A stretch of 64,000 nt of DNA, taken from an uncultured Bacilli bacterium. Its GTDB lineage: Bacteria > Bacillota_I > Bacilli_A > RF39 > UBA660. A model generated the notes under the pieces. That model searched no databases. It saw nothing but the letters and a program-made list of their open reading frames with translations, and had not been told where the DNA came from. Position 1 is the first letter of the stretch; every line of letters starts with the position of its first letter. Where the stretch lies: positions 1,278 through 65,277 of the forward strand of contig CANQPC010000003.1 of NCBI GenBank assembly GCA_947625625.1. Direction: 5' to 3'. This document shows, piece after piece, positions 50,181-60,869 of the stretch. Made by a program: the position numbers and the translations under genes.

Positions 50181-50609
50181 TTAATCTCTAATATTAATAA
50201 ATGTTTCTTCTAAATAGGTGATGATTTCTTTACCATTATTGTAATAGGTACTATTGTTATCGAAATTTAGAACTAGTGATGTTTCATCAATTAGAAGTAT
50301 TTCATAATTTTTTACGACGGCACCTTTTTCGAAAGTTATTGTTACTTTTTGGAAGCAAACATCATTATTTCCCGTCCATGGGCCATTATTAGATAACTTG
50401 TCCCATTTAGCAAATATTTCTTTAACAGTATCACTTGGTAATTCAACTTTTCTTTCATTACAGTCTTCCATTGTAATAGTATACTTGTCGGAATTTAAAA
50501 CTTCATCTTGCCAACTTGTCTTTTTATTGCCAGTTACTAATATTATGATGATGACCGCTACAATGACTAAAATTGTACTACCTAAAATAAGATATTTATT
50601 TTTATTCAT
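50181..50609 (-). CDS. Membrane-anchored hypothetical protein (142 aa)
   Basis: N-terminal TM helix. RBS AAGGGAGGA on the minus strand. Confidence 0.5.
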   Translation of the reverse strand: MNKNKYLILGSTILVIVAVIIIILVTGNKKTSWQDEVLNSDKYTITMEDCNERKVELPSDTVKEIFAKWDKLSNNGPWTGNNDVCFQKVTITFEKGAVVKNYEILLIDETSLVLNFDNNSTYYNNGKEIITYLEETFINIRD

Positions 50610-50748
50610 ATTTGTCCTCCCTTAACTGGGCTTTTTTATTATGCTACTATACATTTTAATAGTAACATTAAGATTGATTTGTGTCAATAATTTTATAAAT
50701 TTCTTTCTTTTTTTGACAAATTACTGTATACTTATAATAGGTGATTGT

Positions 50749-51844
50749 ATGGAATTATTTGAACTAAAAAAAGAGTATAAATTAATTTGTGATGAGATTA
50801 CTTCTATTTGGAGGTCTCTTTGACGTTGATGAGAAGATAAAGAGAGAAAAAGAAATAGATAAAATGATGCTCGATTCTTCTTTTTGGGATGATAGAGAGA
50901 AAGCTAATAAAATTATTGAGGAACTTAAATATATAAAAAATTTGATTAATAATATTACTGATTTGCGTAATAGAATTAAAGAGAACTATGATATTGTCTG
51001 TAATGACAGTGATGAAGATCTTATTATGCTGGCTTCCGAAGAATTTGAATTACTTAAAGAGCGTCTCAATAAGTTATCACTTGATACTTATTTGAATGAA
51101 GAGTACGATATAAATAATGCTATTATGGAAATTCATGCTGGAGCTGGCGGTACGGAATCTTGTGATTGGGCTAATATGCTTTATCGAATGTATACGAGAT
51201 ATGCTTTAGATAATAATTTTAAACTTATTGAATTAGATAGGCAAGATGGAGAAGAGGTAGGTATTAAGTCTATCATGTTGCAAATTAATGGAGCATATGC
51301 TTATGGATATTTAAAGGGTGAAAAAGGGGTACACAGATTGGTTAGAATAAGTCCTTTTGATGCTAATAAGAGACGTCATACTTCTTTTGCCGCTATTGAG
51401 GTTATTCCGGAAATTAGTAATGATATTTCGCTTAAAATATCAGATAATGATATTAGAGTAGATATTTATCGAAGTAGTGGTCCAGGAGGACAAGGGGTCA
51501 ATACTACTGATAGTGCTGTTAGAATAACTCATATTCCTACAGGTATTGTCGTTACTTGTCAAAATGAAAGAAGTCAAATTAGAAATAAAGAGAAGGCTTT
51601 GGAAGTTTTAAAAAGTAAACTTTATCTTCTCGAGGTGGAAAAACAAAATAAAAAGATTAATAATATAAAGGGAGAACAGTTAAGTAATGGCTTTGGCAGT
51701 GCCAAGAGAAGTTATGTTTTATGTCCTTATACTTTGGTTAAAGATAATGAAAGTGGTTATGAGAGTAGTGATGTGCAGGCAATTTTAGATGGTGAAATTG
51801 AAGAAATGTTGGAGGCAGGGCTTAAAAATAGACATGTCAATTAG
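50749..51844 (+). CDS. prfB: Peptide chain release factor 2 (requires a +1 programmed frameshift at 50818-50822)
   Basis: Frame 1 runs from ATG 50749 to the in-frame TGA at 50821 (MELFELKKEYKLICDEITSIWRSL). Frame 2 continues DVDEKIKRE... and carries the SPF and GGQ (SSGPGGQGVNTTDSAVR) motifs. Confidence 0.93.
50810..50824 (+). other. RF2 autoregulatory +1 frameshift site
   Basis: GGAGG TCT CTT TGA C: an internal SD-like element, the slippery CTT and a weak-context stop TGAC. Confidence 0.9.
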
Positions 51845-51867
51845 ATAAAAAAGGTTGGTTGAAAATT

Positions 51868-52770
51868 ATGAGGTTGATTAATTATTTTAGAAAGAAAAAA
51901 GTTGATAGTATTGTAGAATTAGTTAATAGAAAAAATGTTGGTAAAAGATATGCTATGCTTATTTTGGGATGTTTAATAGTGGCGTTTTCTTTTAATATGT
52001 TCTTTTTGAAATATAATATTGTTTGTTTTGGTGTCAGTGGTATATCAATAGTGGTAAGTAAATTTGGAATTAATCCATCACTTTTTATTCTAGTTGTAAA
52101 TATATTACTTATGATTTTAGCTTACTTTACTTTGGGACTTGATAATACTAAAAATCAGCTAGTTGGGGCGCTTTTATATCCGGTATTTGTTGAAATTACT
52201 AGTAAGATTACTGACTATATTAATCTTGGCAATGTCGAGATGTTAGTGATTGCTATTTTAGGAGGAGTATTTGCAGGAATAGGATATGGACTTATTTATA
52301 AAAGTAATTTTTCAACTGGAGGTACGGATGTAATAATTGGTATTATTTGTAAATACTTAAAAATGTCAATGGGAAATGCAGGACTTATTGTCAATGGAAT
52401 AATTGTCATGATAGGAAAATTAGTTTTTCCTTGGAGTACTGTTTTATATGGTATATTTGTCTCGTATTTGATATCGGTATTTACAGATAAAGTATTATTA
52501 GGTATTTCTAAGAGTAAAGCTTTTTATATTGTCTGTGATAAAGAGCATGATGATAAAATTCGAGATTTTTTAATATCAGTTCCCGGTGTTGGAACGACAG
52601 TAATTGATGCTGAAGGTGGCTATTCGAGTAATAGTGAAACTCTTCTTTTAGCGGTAGTACCAACTAGAGATTATTTTATTGTCAAAGAAGGATTAAAAGA
52701 AATCGATAGCAATGTTTTCTTTCTTGTATGTGATTCTTACGAGGTTAGTGAAAAGGAGATTCTATCATGA
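51868..52770 (+). CDS. YitT-family membrane protein (DUF2179 C-terminus), paralogue 1
   Basis: Polytopic N-terminus (STGGTDV) plus a DUF2179-like tail (GTTVIDAEGGYS). Confidence 0.8.
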   Translation: MRLINYFRKKKVDSIVELVNRKNVGKRYAMLILGCLIVAFSFNMFFLKYNIVCFGVSGISIVVSKFGINPSLFILVVNILLMILAYFTLGLDNTKNQLVGALLYPVFVEITSKITDYINLGNVEMLVIAILGGVFAGIGYGLIYKSNFSTGGTDVIIGIICKYLKMSMGNAGLIVNGIIVMIGKLVFPWSTVLYGIFVSYLISVFTDKVLLGISKSKAFYIVCDKEHDDKIRDFLISVPGVGTTVIDAEGGYSSNSETLLLAVVPTRDYFIVKEGLKEIDSNVFFLVCDSYEVSEKEILS

Positions 52771-53666
52771 TTTTGAAAAAAGAAAGAAAAATCTCTGTCG
52801 ATAAAATAGTTAAGAGAATTAACAATAGAAACTATGGTAAAAATTTATTTTTATTTGTAATGGGAATGCTTATTTGTAGTATTGCTATCAATATTTTTTT
52901 TAATCCTAATAATATTATTCTGTGTGGTACTACTGGTTTAGCAACTTTATTAAATAACTATATTAATATTGACTTTTCATTAATGGTTTTTGTTATTTAT
53001 TCTGTCATACTCGTCTTAAGTTTTGGTATATGTGGAATTTATTATGGTAAAAGAATTTTCCTGGGAAGTATTTTTTTTCCGATATTTATTAAAGCTACTT
53101 CGATTATAAGAAAGGTAATTTTGCTCGATAATATTTCTCTTCTCTTTTTAGTAATTATAGGAAGTGCTTTGTATGGAATTGGGTATGGAATTATTAAAAA
53201 AAGTGGATTTTGTATGGGAGGATTTGAAGCACTATACGAGATTATAGATAAGAAAACTAAATTTTCTTATGAGAAAGTGCGAATGATATGTAATATATTT
53301 ATGTTATTTATCTGTGTATTTGTTTTTGGTATAGATAAAATGATTTATTCTACTATTGCTCTATATATTTATTTGACGGTTAGTGATAGAATTATGATAG
53401 GAATTTCGAGAAATAAAGCTTTTTATATTATAACGAAAAATCCTTTGGATGTAAAAGAGTATATTACTAATAATTTAAAATATACGGTGACAATTGTCAA
53501 TGCACGAGGTGGATATTCTGATAAAAAGAAAAAAATGCTACTTTGTGTTATTCCGACAGTTGACTATATTAAATTAAAAGAGGTTATTAAAAAGATCGAT
53601 AGTAGTGCTTTCTTTTTGGTGACAGATACATATGAAATAGTTGGATTAAACAAAACAATTAATTAG
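52767..53666 (+). CDS. YitT-family membrane protein, paralogue 2
   Basis: Same architecture as paralogue 1 (TIVNARGGYSDKKKKML). Its start overlaps the upstream stop. Confidence 0.8.
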   Translation: MILKKERKISVDKIVKRINNRNYGKNLFLFVMGMLICSIAINIFFNPNNIILCGTTGLATLLNNYINIDFSLMVFVIYSVILVLSFGICGIYYGKRIFLGSIFFPIFIKATSIIRKVILLDNISLLFLVIIGSALYGIGYGIIKKSGFCMGGFEALYEIIDKKTKFSYEKVRMICNIFMLFICVFVFGIDKMIYSTIALYIYLTVSDRIMIGISRNKAFYIITKNPLDVKEYITNNLKYTVTIVNARGGYSDKKKKMLLCVIPTVDYIKLKEVIKKIDSSAFFLVTDTYEIVGLNKTIN

Positions 53667-53768
53667 ATAATAATCTAATTTAGGAAAATTATGTAAAGTT
53701 AAATAAACGTGTTTTAAAATATTAAAAATAATGTTATAATTATTATTACAGATATGGAGGTATGTAGT

Positions 53769-54464
53769 TTGGAGTTAATTAGAGTTAGTGATGTTCAAAA
53801 AACTTATAAAACTGGAACAGTAGCTTTATATGATTTAAATTTGAGTATTAAAAAAGGTGAATTTGTATTTGTAATTGGTGCTTCGGGTAGTGGAAAATCG
53901 ACTCTTATTAAAATGTTATATCGTGAAGAAAAACCAGATAAGGGATCAATTATCATAGGCGGTATTAATGTTGCTAAACTTCGAAATAGAAAGGTATATG
54001 TACTTAGAAGAAAATTAGGAGTAGTTTTTCAAGATTTTAAATTACTTCCTAAACTAACGGTATATGAGAATGTTTCTTTTGCTATGGAAGTATTGGGTTA
54101 CGATAAAAAAGATATTCATAAAAGAGTTATGGAAGTATTGGATTTGGTTGGTCTTAAGAATAAAGTTAGACAATTTCCAGATCAATTATCTGGAGGAGAA
54201 CAACAGAGAGTAGTTATTGCTAGAGCTATTGTGAATAAGCCTAAACTTCTTATTTGTGATGAGCCTACGGGAAATTTGGATCCTGATACATCGATGGAAA
54301 TAATGAAGGTTTTAGATGAAATTAATGCTATGGGAACGACGATTATAATGGCTACTCACGATAGAGATATTGTCGATAAAATGAAGAAACGTGTAATACT
54401 TTTAGATCATGGAAGACTTGCTAAAGATATAGAGAAAGGAAGTTATTGTAATGAGAGGGCTTAG
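53769..54464 (+). CDS. ftsE: Cell-division ABC ATPase FtsE
   Basis: GASGSGKST, LSGGEQQR and LLICDEPTGNLD motifs. The TTG at 53769 is favoured by GGAGG at 53756-53760; ATG 53754 is also possible. Confidence 0.92.
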   Translation: MELIRVSDVQKTYKTGTVALYDLNLSIKKGEFVFVIGASGSGKSTLIKMLYREEKPDKGSIIIGGINVAKLRNRKVYVLRRKLGVVFQDFKLLPKLTVYENVSFAMEVLGYDKKDIHKRVMEVLDLVGLKNKVRQFPDQLSGGEQQRVVIARAIVNKPKLLICDEPTGNLDPDTSMEIMKVLDEINAMGTTIIMATHDRDIVDKMKKRVILLDHGRLAKDIEKGSYCNERA

Positions 54465-55371
54465 GGCTATTAAAAGATATTTTCGTGATGCTCTACATGG
54501 TGTATTTAGAAATTTTTCTTTGTCTTTGGCATCAATCTTATGTATAACAATTACTTTGATAGTAGTGGGTGTTTCTTTGGTGTTATCTTCTAACGTCGAA
54601 CATTTTTCAAATTCTATTCGTAAAGATGTTACTGTCGTCTTGTTTTTAAAGAAAGAGACAACTTCGGAAGAGGAAAAGACAATCGAAAAAGAATTAAAGT
54701 CGATAGAAAATATTAATACTGAGAGTATCGAATTTAAGTCGAAATCTGATTCGGCTGAAGAGTTAAAAGAAGGTAATAATGTCTTTGCTACGACAGTGGA
54801 TTCTTGGACGGATGAGACAAATCCTCTTCTCGACAGTTATATGTTTAAAGTTAATGATATTGAGAAGATTGATGATACGGTCAATGATGTAAAGAAATTA
54901 TCTTTTACAAAAGATAGAATTCACGATATTAATTATGGAGAAGATATCGTACATCAGTTAGTAGTGGTATTTAATGTTGTCGATAAGATTTCACTTGTTG
55001 CTGTTATTGCTCTTATTTTGGTTACGGCTTTCTTAATTGCTAATACAATTAAGCTTGCTATTTATTCAAGAAAAAGAGAAATTGAAATTATGAGACTTGT
55101 CGGTGCTTCAAATATATCGATCAAAATACCATTTATTTTGGAAGGATTATTTATTGGTGTTTTAGGTGCGGCCGCTCCAATAGCAATAACTGTATTTGGT
55201 TATGGTGCTCTCTATGATTTCTTTGGAGGAAAACTATTTGGTTCGTCTTTAGTTGCACTCGTAGATCCTGTTCCATTCGTATATGAAACTTCAGCTTTAT
55301 TACTACTTATTGGTATAGTTGTCGGAATGATCGGTAGTTATCAGGCGGTAAGAAAGTATTTGAAAATATAA
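54451..55371 (+). CDS. ftsX: Cell-division permease-like protein FtsX
   Basis: 4-TM FtsX fold with EIEIMRLVGAS. Overlaps the ftsE stop. Confidence 0.9.
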   Translation: MRGLRAIKRYFRDALHGVFRNFSLSLASILCITITLIVVGVSLVLSSNVEHFSNSIRKDVTVVLFLKKETTSEEEKTIEKELKSIENINTESIEFKSKSDSAEELKEGNNVFATTVDSWTDETNPLLDSYMFKVNDIEKIDDTVNDVKKLSFTKDRIHDINYGEDIVHQLVVVFNVVDKISLVAVIALILVTAFLIANTIKLAIYSRKREIEIMRLVGASNISIKIPFILEGLFIGVLGAAAPIAITVFGYGALYDFFGGKLFGSSLVALVDPVPFVYETSALLLLIGIVVGMIGSYQAVRKYLKI

Positions 55372-55406
55372 AAATTATAATATTTACGTAAGGAAAAGTA
55401 TAAAAT

Positions 55407-55446
55407 AAAAAACCTTTCAAATTTATTTGATTTGAGAGGTTTTTGA
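55407..55446. terminator. Bidirectional terminator
   Basis: 14-bp stem AAAACCTTTCAAAT/ATTTGAGAGGTTTT. Confidence 0.7.
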
Positions 55447-56016
55447 AATGTTATTTTGATAATCGTCAGTTCCATATTTTTTTTCTTTTGTATCATAAAA
55501 AATGTAATTTTTAGGTGGGTTGTAGGTGAGATAGATAAATCCTAAGTAGCATGATATAATGATAGGTATTATTAGTATATTTAATATTTTATATTCTTTT
55601 TCTTTTAAAATATTATAGCTTATGAACTGTTCGAAGACATAGACTAAAAACATTAGAAAAATGGCTATAAACATGTTTTCTCCAAGTAATTTATATAGTG
55701 GAATATATATTACAAGATAGATGGGAATCGATGATATGGCTGTAAAGTATAGTTGAAATGGAAAGTTATTGTATTTAATGTTATTCTTTTTTAGTAATAG
55801 ATAATCAATTATTCCATAAATGAGAGTAGAAGTAAATAATATTTTCATGTGTTCCCATATACTTTCGTTTACTGGAAAGAAAAAGGAAAAAATAATATTT
55901 GGGAAAATATCATAGGCAAAATGTGATAAAAATGATATTAAAAAAATACCAATTACCGCAATTATTTTTATTTGCTTTAAGTTTAATTTTTTAAGATTTA
56001 TTTTTTTTAATTCCAT
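55423..56016 (-). CDS. Polytopic membrane protein (197 aa), function unknown
   Basis: 5-6 hydrophobic helices. PVNESIWEHMKI motif. Confidence 0.5.
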   Translation of the reverse strand: MELKKINLKKLNLKQIKIIAVIGIFLISFLSHFAYDIFPNIIFSFFFPVNESIWEHMKILFTSTLIYGIIDYLLLKKNNIKYNNFPFQLYFTAISSIPIYLVIYIPLYKLLGENMFIAIFLMFLVYVFEQFISYNILKEKEYKILNILIIPIIISCYLGFIYLTYNPPKNYIFYDTKEKKYGTDDYQNNISKTSQIK

Positions 56017-56150
56017 GATTTTCCTCCTAGTAATAGTATATTATTATTTACTTTTTTTTATGTAAATAAAGTGAAATGGTAAATTTTTTATTTTTCTTGA
56101 AAAGCAATGACTTTTTAATAGAAATTTGGTACAATGTTAGTAGTGGTATT

Positions 56151-57395
56151 ATGAAAAAAGTGTATATTTTAATAGTAATATTTATTGTTTTTATTATTGG
56201 TATTTCTATTATTGGAAGTATAATAGTTACTGGTAATGTAGAAATTTTAGAAGAAAAGGATGCTATTGGCATTCAAACTAATAGGGAAGTTTATTTTACT
56301 TGTTATGGTTATTCTATTGATAATCCTAATGTTATAGTTAATCCTTATGGTAATAGTCCTCTTACCGCTATAGTGATGTTTGAAACTGATGATTATAGTA
56401 ATGTTTCTATTACTATTAAAGGGAAAAATGATAATGATATTAATTATACTTTTCCTAAAAATAAGTATCATTATATTCCTATATATGGTTTATATGCTGA
56501 CTATAATAATACGGTTATTTTAACGAGTGAAAATAAGACTAAAGAGATAGATATTAAAACGGAAAGTCTTCCTGATGATTTTGAATTTAGTAGTAGTGGT
56601 AGTTATGGTAATTTTACTTTTTATAATGTTAACTATCCTTATGCTGTTGATTCTAATAATGATGTTAGATGGTATTTGAATGAAAAATATTACGGAAATA
56701 TTACTTTTAATAGTGATTCTTCAATTATTATAGGAAGTAATAGATATGATGAAAATGGGAGAGCAATATCTATTTATAAAATGAATTTACTGGGAAAGAT
56801 ATTTAATGAATATTTACTAGAAAATTCATATTATGGTGTTAATGCGATTTATAATGATAATATTTTAGTTCTCAGTAGTGATGTTTTATTAATTGATTTA
56901 CAAACTGGAGAATTGGTTGATGATATTATGGAGAATGACAATTTTACGTATCTTGGAAATATAGATGATAAGATAGTTGTATGTAAAGATGATACTTATT
57001 ATGTTGTCAATGAAAATGGGTTAGAAGAAATATCTTATGATACTGGAGCTAATGTGAATAATTTTTATGATGAAATTAATGAATATAGAATTATTCCTTC
57101 TAATAGATATGGTTTACTTAATAAAACGGAAATGGCGAAGAAAAAGGTATCTTTACTTAATTATGATAAAAAGATGATCGACGGGGTAGAAATTACTAAA
57201 GAAGTTGAAAGAATTAGGATTGAGAATAGTACTGATGATGTTGTATATTTAATATTAGATAAATTTTTTGATAAGAGAATATATGAGATTAATGATATTA
57301 AATATATTAATTTAAATGGTCTATCAGGTAAATATACAATTTATTTAATGGTTAATGATAAAGTATACAAGACTGATTATTTTGTCGAGGTATAA
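56151..57395 (+). CDS. Arylsulfotransferase (ASST)-like beta-propeller protein, membrane-anchored
   Basis: TM N-terminus. NPYGNSPLTAIVMFET..ITIKGKN..IPIYGLYADYNNTVIL resembles the ASST N-terminal domain. ATG 56151 is preferred. Confidence 0.5.
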   Translation: MKKVYILIVIFIVFIIGISIIGSIIVTGNVEILEEKDAIGIQTNREVYFTCYGYSIDNPNVIVNPYGNSPLTAIVMFETDDYSNVSITIKGKNDNDINYTFPKNKYHYIPIYGLYADYNNTVILTSENKTKEIDIKTESLPDDFEFSSSGSYGNFTFYNVNYPYAVDSNNDVRWYLNEKYYGNITFNSDSSIIIGSNRYDENGRAISIYKMNLLGKIFNEYLLENSYYGVNAIYNDNILVLSSDVLLIDLQTGELVDDIMENDNFTYLGNIDDKIVVCKDDTYYVVNENGLEEISYDTGANVNNFYDEINEYRIIPSNRYGLLNKTEMAKKKVSLLNYDKKMIDGVEITKEVERIRIENSTDDVVYLILDKFFDKRIYEINDIKYINLNGLSGKYTIYLMVNDKVYKTDYFVEV

Positions 57396-57396
57396 A

Positions 57397-58596
57397 ATGG
57401 AGAGAATAATTTTGCATATTGATGTTAATAATGCTTTTTTGAGTTGGTCCGCTGTATGGATGTTAAAGAATGGGGTAAATAAGGATATTAGAAATAGATA
57501 TGCAATAATTGGGGGAGATGAAACAAAGAGAAAAGGAGTCGTATTAGCTAAAAGTAATTTGTGTAAGAAGAAGGGAGTTGTTACTGGAGAAGCTATCTAT
57601 TTAGCTAGGAGGAAATGCCCTTACTTAGAAATATATCCACCTAATTTTAAAGTATATAGGTATTTTTCTAATAAAATGTACGATTATTTATGTAATTATA
57701 CAGATATTATTGAAAGGTTTTCAATAGATGAATGTTTTTTGGATTATACTGGCAGTAGAAATTTGTTTGGCGACCCGATTAAACTTGCCTATAAGATTAA
57801 AGATGATATATTTAATAAATTTGGGTTTACAGTAAATGTCGGTGTGGGAAATAATAAACTTTTGGCTAAAATGGCTTCTGATTTTGAAAAGCCTAATAGG
57901 GTTCATACTTTGTTTGTCAATGAAATTGCAAGTAAAATGTTTCCTTTGCCAATTGAAGATTTATTTATGATTGGTAAATCTTCCAGTAGGAAACTTAGAG
58001 AGATGGGAATTAATACGATAGGCGACCTTGCAATAGTTAAGGAAGAGGTATTAACTCAAAAGTTTAAATCATTTGGTAAGATAATGCATAATTATGCTAA
58101 TGGTATCGACGATAGTCCTGTATATAGTGAGAGAGATGAAGTGAAGAGTATATCTTCTTCTACTGTGCTCGAATATAACTATACTAATAAAGATAGTATA
58201 AGAGAAGTTATTATGAGATTATCAATGGATATAGGTAAAAAATTAAGAGACAATAGAATGTATGCAGATACGATAGGAGTATGGTTAAAATATAACTATT
58301 TTGAAAAGATAAGTAAACAAGAAAAATTAGATGTTAGTATCTCAACTGATGAAGAAATTTACAATAATGCGAATTATTTATTTGATAAATTATGGAATGG
58401 TGAAGATGGTGTAAGAAGTATATGTGTGTTTATAAGTGGACTATCGACGGAAAGGAAAAGACAGCTATCAATATTCGATAATAATGTTATTGATAATAGT
58501 AAGCATGATGAAAAATTACAAGAAGTTATCGACGATATGAGAAATAAATATGGTAATGATATTATTAAGTTTGCTAATAGTAGAAAAGATAAATGA
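57397..58596 (+). CDS. dinB: Y-family DNA polymerase (Pol IV / PolY-like)
   Basis: ILHIDVNNAF, FSIDECFLD and GVGNNKLLAKMASD motifs. Confidence 0.88.
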   Translation: MERIILHIDVNNAFLSWSAVWMLKNGVNKDIRNRYAIIGGDETKRKGVVLAKSNLCKKKGVVTGEAIYLARRKCPYLEIYPPNFKVYRYFSNKMYDYLCNYTDIIERFSIDECFLDYTGSRNLFGDPIKLAYKIKDDIFNKFGFTVNVGVGNNKLLAKMASDFEKPNRVHTLFVNEIASKMFPLPIEDLFMIGKSSSRKLREMGINTIGDLAIVKEEVLTQKFKSFGKIMHNYANGIDDSPVYSERDEVKSISSSTVLEYNYTNKDSIREVIMRLSMDIGKKLRDNRMYADTIGVWLKYNYFEKISKQEKLDVSISTDEEIYNNANYLFDKLWNGEDGVRSICVFISGLSTERKRQLSIFDNNVIDNSKHDEKLQEVIDDMRNKYGNDIIKFANSRKDK

Positions 58597-58614
58597 GATG
58601 AAAGAGTGATAGAA

Positions 58615-60777
58615 ATGAATAATGAGATAATTAGTGATATAAGTAAAGAATTAAATGTTAAAAATACGCAAATTGAAGCGGTATTAAAATTATTAGAGGA
58701 AGGTAGTACAATACCTTTTATTGCTAGATATAGAAAAGAAGCTACTGGAGCTTTAGATGAAGAGCAAATTAGAAAAATAAATGAAGTTTATGAATATCAG
58801 GTTAATTTGTTAAAACGAAAAGAGGATGTCATTAGGTTAATTGATGAAAAAGGTTTACTTACTGATGATATTAAAGCTGATATTATGAATTCTCAAAAAC
58901 TTGTCGAAGTAGAAGATATTTATAGGCCTTTCAAGGAAAAGAAAAAGACAAAGGCTACAGAGGCTATTAAAAATGGATTGGAGCCTCTTGCTAAAATAAT
59001 TATGTCTTTTAAATGTAATAATGTTGAAAAGGCCGCTACTGCATATGTAAACGATAATGTTACTAGTATTGAAGATGCTATTTTGGGAGCTAAATATATT
59101 ATTGCTGAATGGATAAGTGACAATGCTTTTTTTAGAAAGTATATTAGAAATAATATGAAGAATTATGGGATTATAAAATCGAAGAAAAAGAAAGGGGCTT
59201 CTGATGGTAGCAAAATATATGAAATGTATTATGATTATGAAGAAAAAATAAAGTATATTAAACCGCATAGGGTTCTTGCTATTAATAGAGGTGAAAGAGA
59301 AAATGTGTTATCAGTAGGAATAGTTATCGATAATGATTATGTTATTAACTATTTGGAAAGTAAGATTATTAAAGATAAAAATAATTGTTGTGTAGACATT
59401 GTAAAAGATGCTATTAGAGATAGTTATAAAAGACTTATTTTTCCTAGTATCGAGAGAGAAGTTAGGGCAGAACTTAAGGAAATTGCAGAAGAAGGGGCTA
59501 TAGAAGTATTTGGAAATAATTTGGAAAATTTATTACTTACTCCTCCTATGAAAGATATTACTGTCTTGGGTTTTGATCCGGCTTATCGAACGGGATGTAA
59601 ACTTGCTGTAGTGTCGCCAACATCTAGTGTCCTTAATATATCGGTAATATACCCACATGAACCTAAAAATGAATGGAATGAAGCTAAAGAGATAATTAAA
59701 AAGTTATTTAAAGAATATGATATTGATGTTGTAGCTATCGGAAATGGTACGGCTTCTAGAGAAAGTGAAAGATTAGTAGCGGAAGTAATATCGGAATATA
59801 AGGAAAAAGATATTAAATATGTTATTGTAAGTGAAGCTGGGGCTAGTGTTTATTCGGCAAGTCCTCTTGCTATAAAAGAATTTCCTCTTTTGACTGTCGA
59901 AAAAAGAAGTGCTATTAGTATTGCAAGAAGACTTCAAGATCCTTTATCTGAACTTGTTAAAATTGATAGTAAAAGTATTGGGGTAGGACAGTATCAACAT
60001 GATGTTAATGAAAAAAGGCTTAATGATTCTCTTGATTTTGTAGTTTCTAAATGTGTCAATAATGTAGGTGTCAATGTTAATACGGCAAGTCCATCACTAC
60101 TTAAATATGTATCTGGTCTTACTAAAACGATGATAGATAAGATTATAAAATATCGTGAAGAAAAGGGGAAGATTAATTCGAGACAGGAGATTATCGATAA
60201 GAAAATATTGAGTTCTAAGGCCTACGAGCAGTCGATCGGATTTATGAGGGTAATTGATGGAGATAATATTATGGATGTTACTTCAATTCATCCTGAAAGT
60301 TATAAAACCGCTGATAAATTATTGAAAAAGATTGGATTTGGTATTAACGAGATAGGTAGTTTAGAGCTTAGTAAAAAATTAGATAGTATTGATTTGGAAG
60401 ATTTGGCTAAAGAATTAGATACAGATAAATATACTTTGGAAGATATTGTTAAGTGTTTAAAAATGCCTAATAGAGATTTTAGAGATGATTTTGAAAAGCC
60501 TATTTTAAAGAGCAATATACTTAAGATTGAGGATCTTAAAGTAGGAATGGAACTTCAAGGTACAGTACGTAATGTGGTCGATTTTGGTGCTTTTATTGAT
60601 ATTGGGTTACATGAAGATGGACTCGCTCATATTTCAAAGCTTACAGATAGATATATTAAACATCCAATGGAAGTTGTTTCGGTTGGCGATATTGTTACTT
60701 GTTATGTCGATAGTATATCTTTAGAAAAGGGAAAAGTTTCTCTTAGTTTAATTAATCCTAATTTAATTAAAAGTTAA
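58615..60777 (+). CDS. tex: Transcription accessory protein Tex (S1 domain)
   Basis: Tex N-terminal HTH (IPFIARYRKE), a YqgF-like domain, HhH and a C-terminal S1 domain (GTVRNVVDFGAFIDIG). Confidence 0.92.
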   Translation: MNNEIISDISKELNVKNTQIEAVLKLLEEGSTIPFIARYRKEATGALDEEQIRKINEVYEYQVNLLKRKEDVIRLIDEKGLLTDDIKADIMNSQKLVEVEDIYRPFKEKKKTKATEAIKNGLEPLAKIIMSFKCNNVEKAATAYVNDNVTSIEDAILGAKYIIAEWISDNAFFRKYIRNNMKNYGIIKSKKKKGASDGSKIYEMYYDYEEKIKYIKPHRVLAINRGERENVLSVGIVIDNDYVINYLESKIIKDKNNCCVDIVKDAIRDSYKRLIFPSIEREVRAELKEIAEEGAIEVFGNNLENLLLTPPMKDITVLGFDPAYRTGCKLAVVSPTSSVLNISVIYPHEPKNEWNEAKEIIKKLFKEYDIDVVAIGNGTASRESERLVAEVISEYKEKDIKYVIVSEAGASVYSASPLAIKEFPLLTVEKRSAISIARRLQDPLSELVKIDSKSIGVGQYQHDVNEKRLNDSLDFVVSKCVNNVGVNVNTASPSLLKYVSGLTKTMIDKIIKYREEKGKINSRQEIIDKKILSSKAYEQSIGFMRVIDGDNIMDVTSIHPESYKTADKLLKKIGFGINEIGSLELSKKLDSIDLEDLAKELDTDKYTLEDIVKCLKMPNRDFRDDFEKPILKSNILKIEDLKVGMELQGTVRNVVDFGAFIDIGLHEDGLAHISKLTDRYIKHPMEVVSVGDIVTCYVDSISLEKGKVSLSLINPNLIKS

Positions 60778-60869
60778 TTTTTAGAGATTTTTGGTGGATT
60801 TATAAGTTTAGTTATATAATTAATAAAATAATTATTTTTAGTGTTTTAATAGCTTGAGGTGATAAGAAT

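Noticed and set aside
50641-50823. 60-aa ORF as an independent gene upstream of prfB
   Set aside because: Only its last 24 codons (from ATG 50749) are meaningful. They are the pre-frameshift part of RF2.
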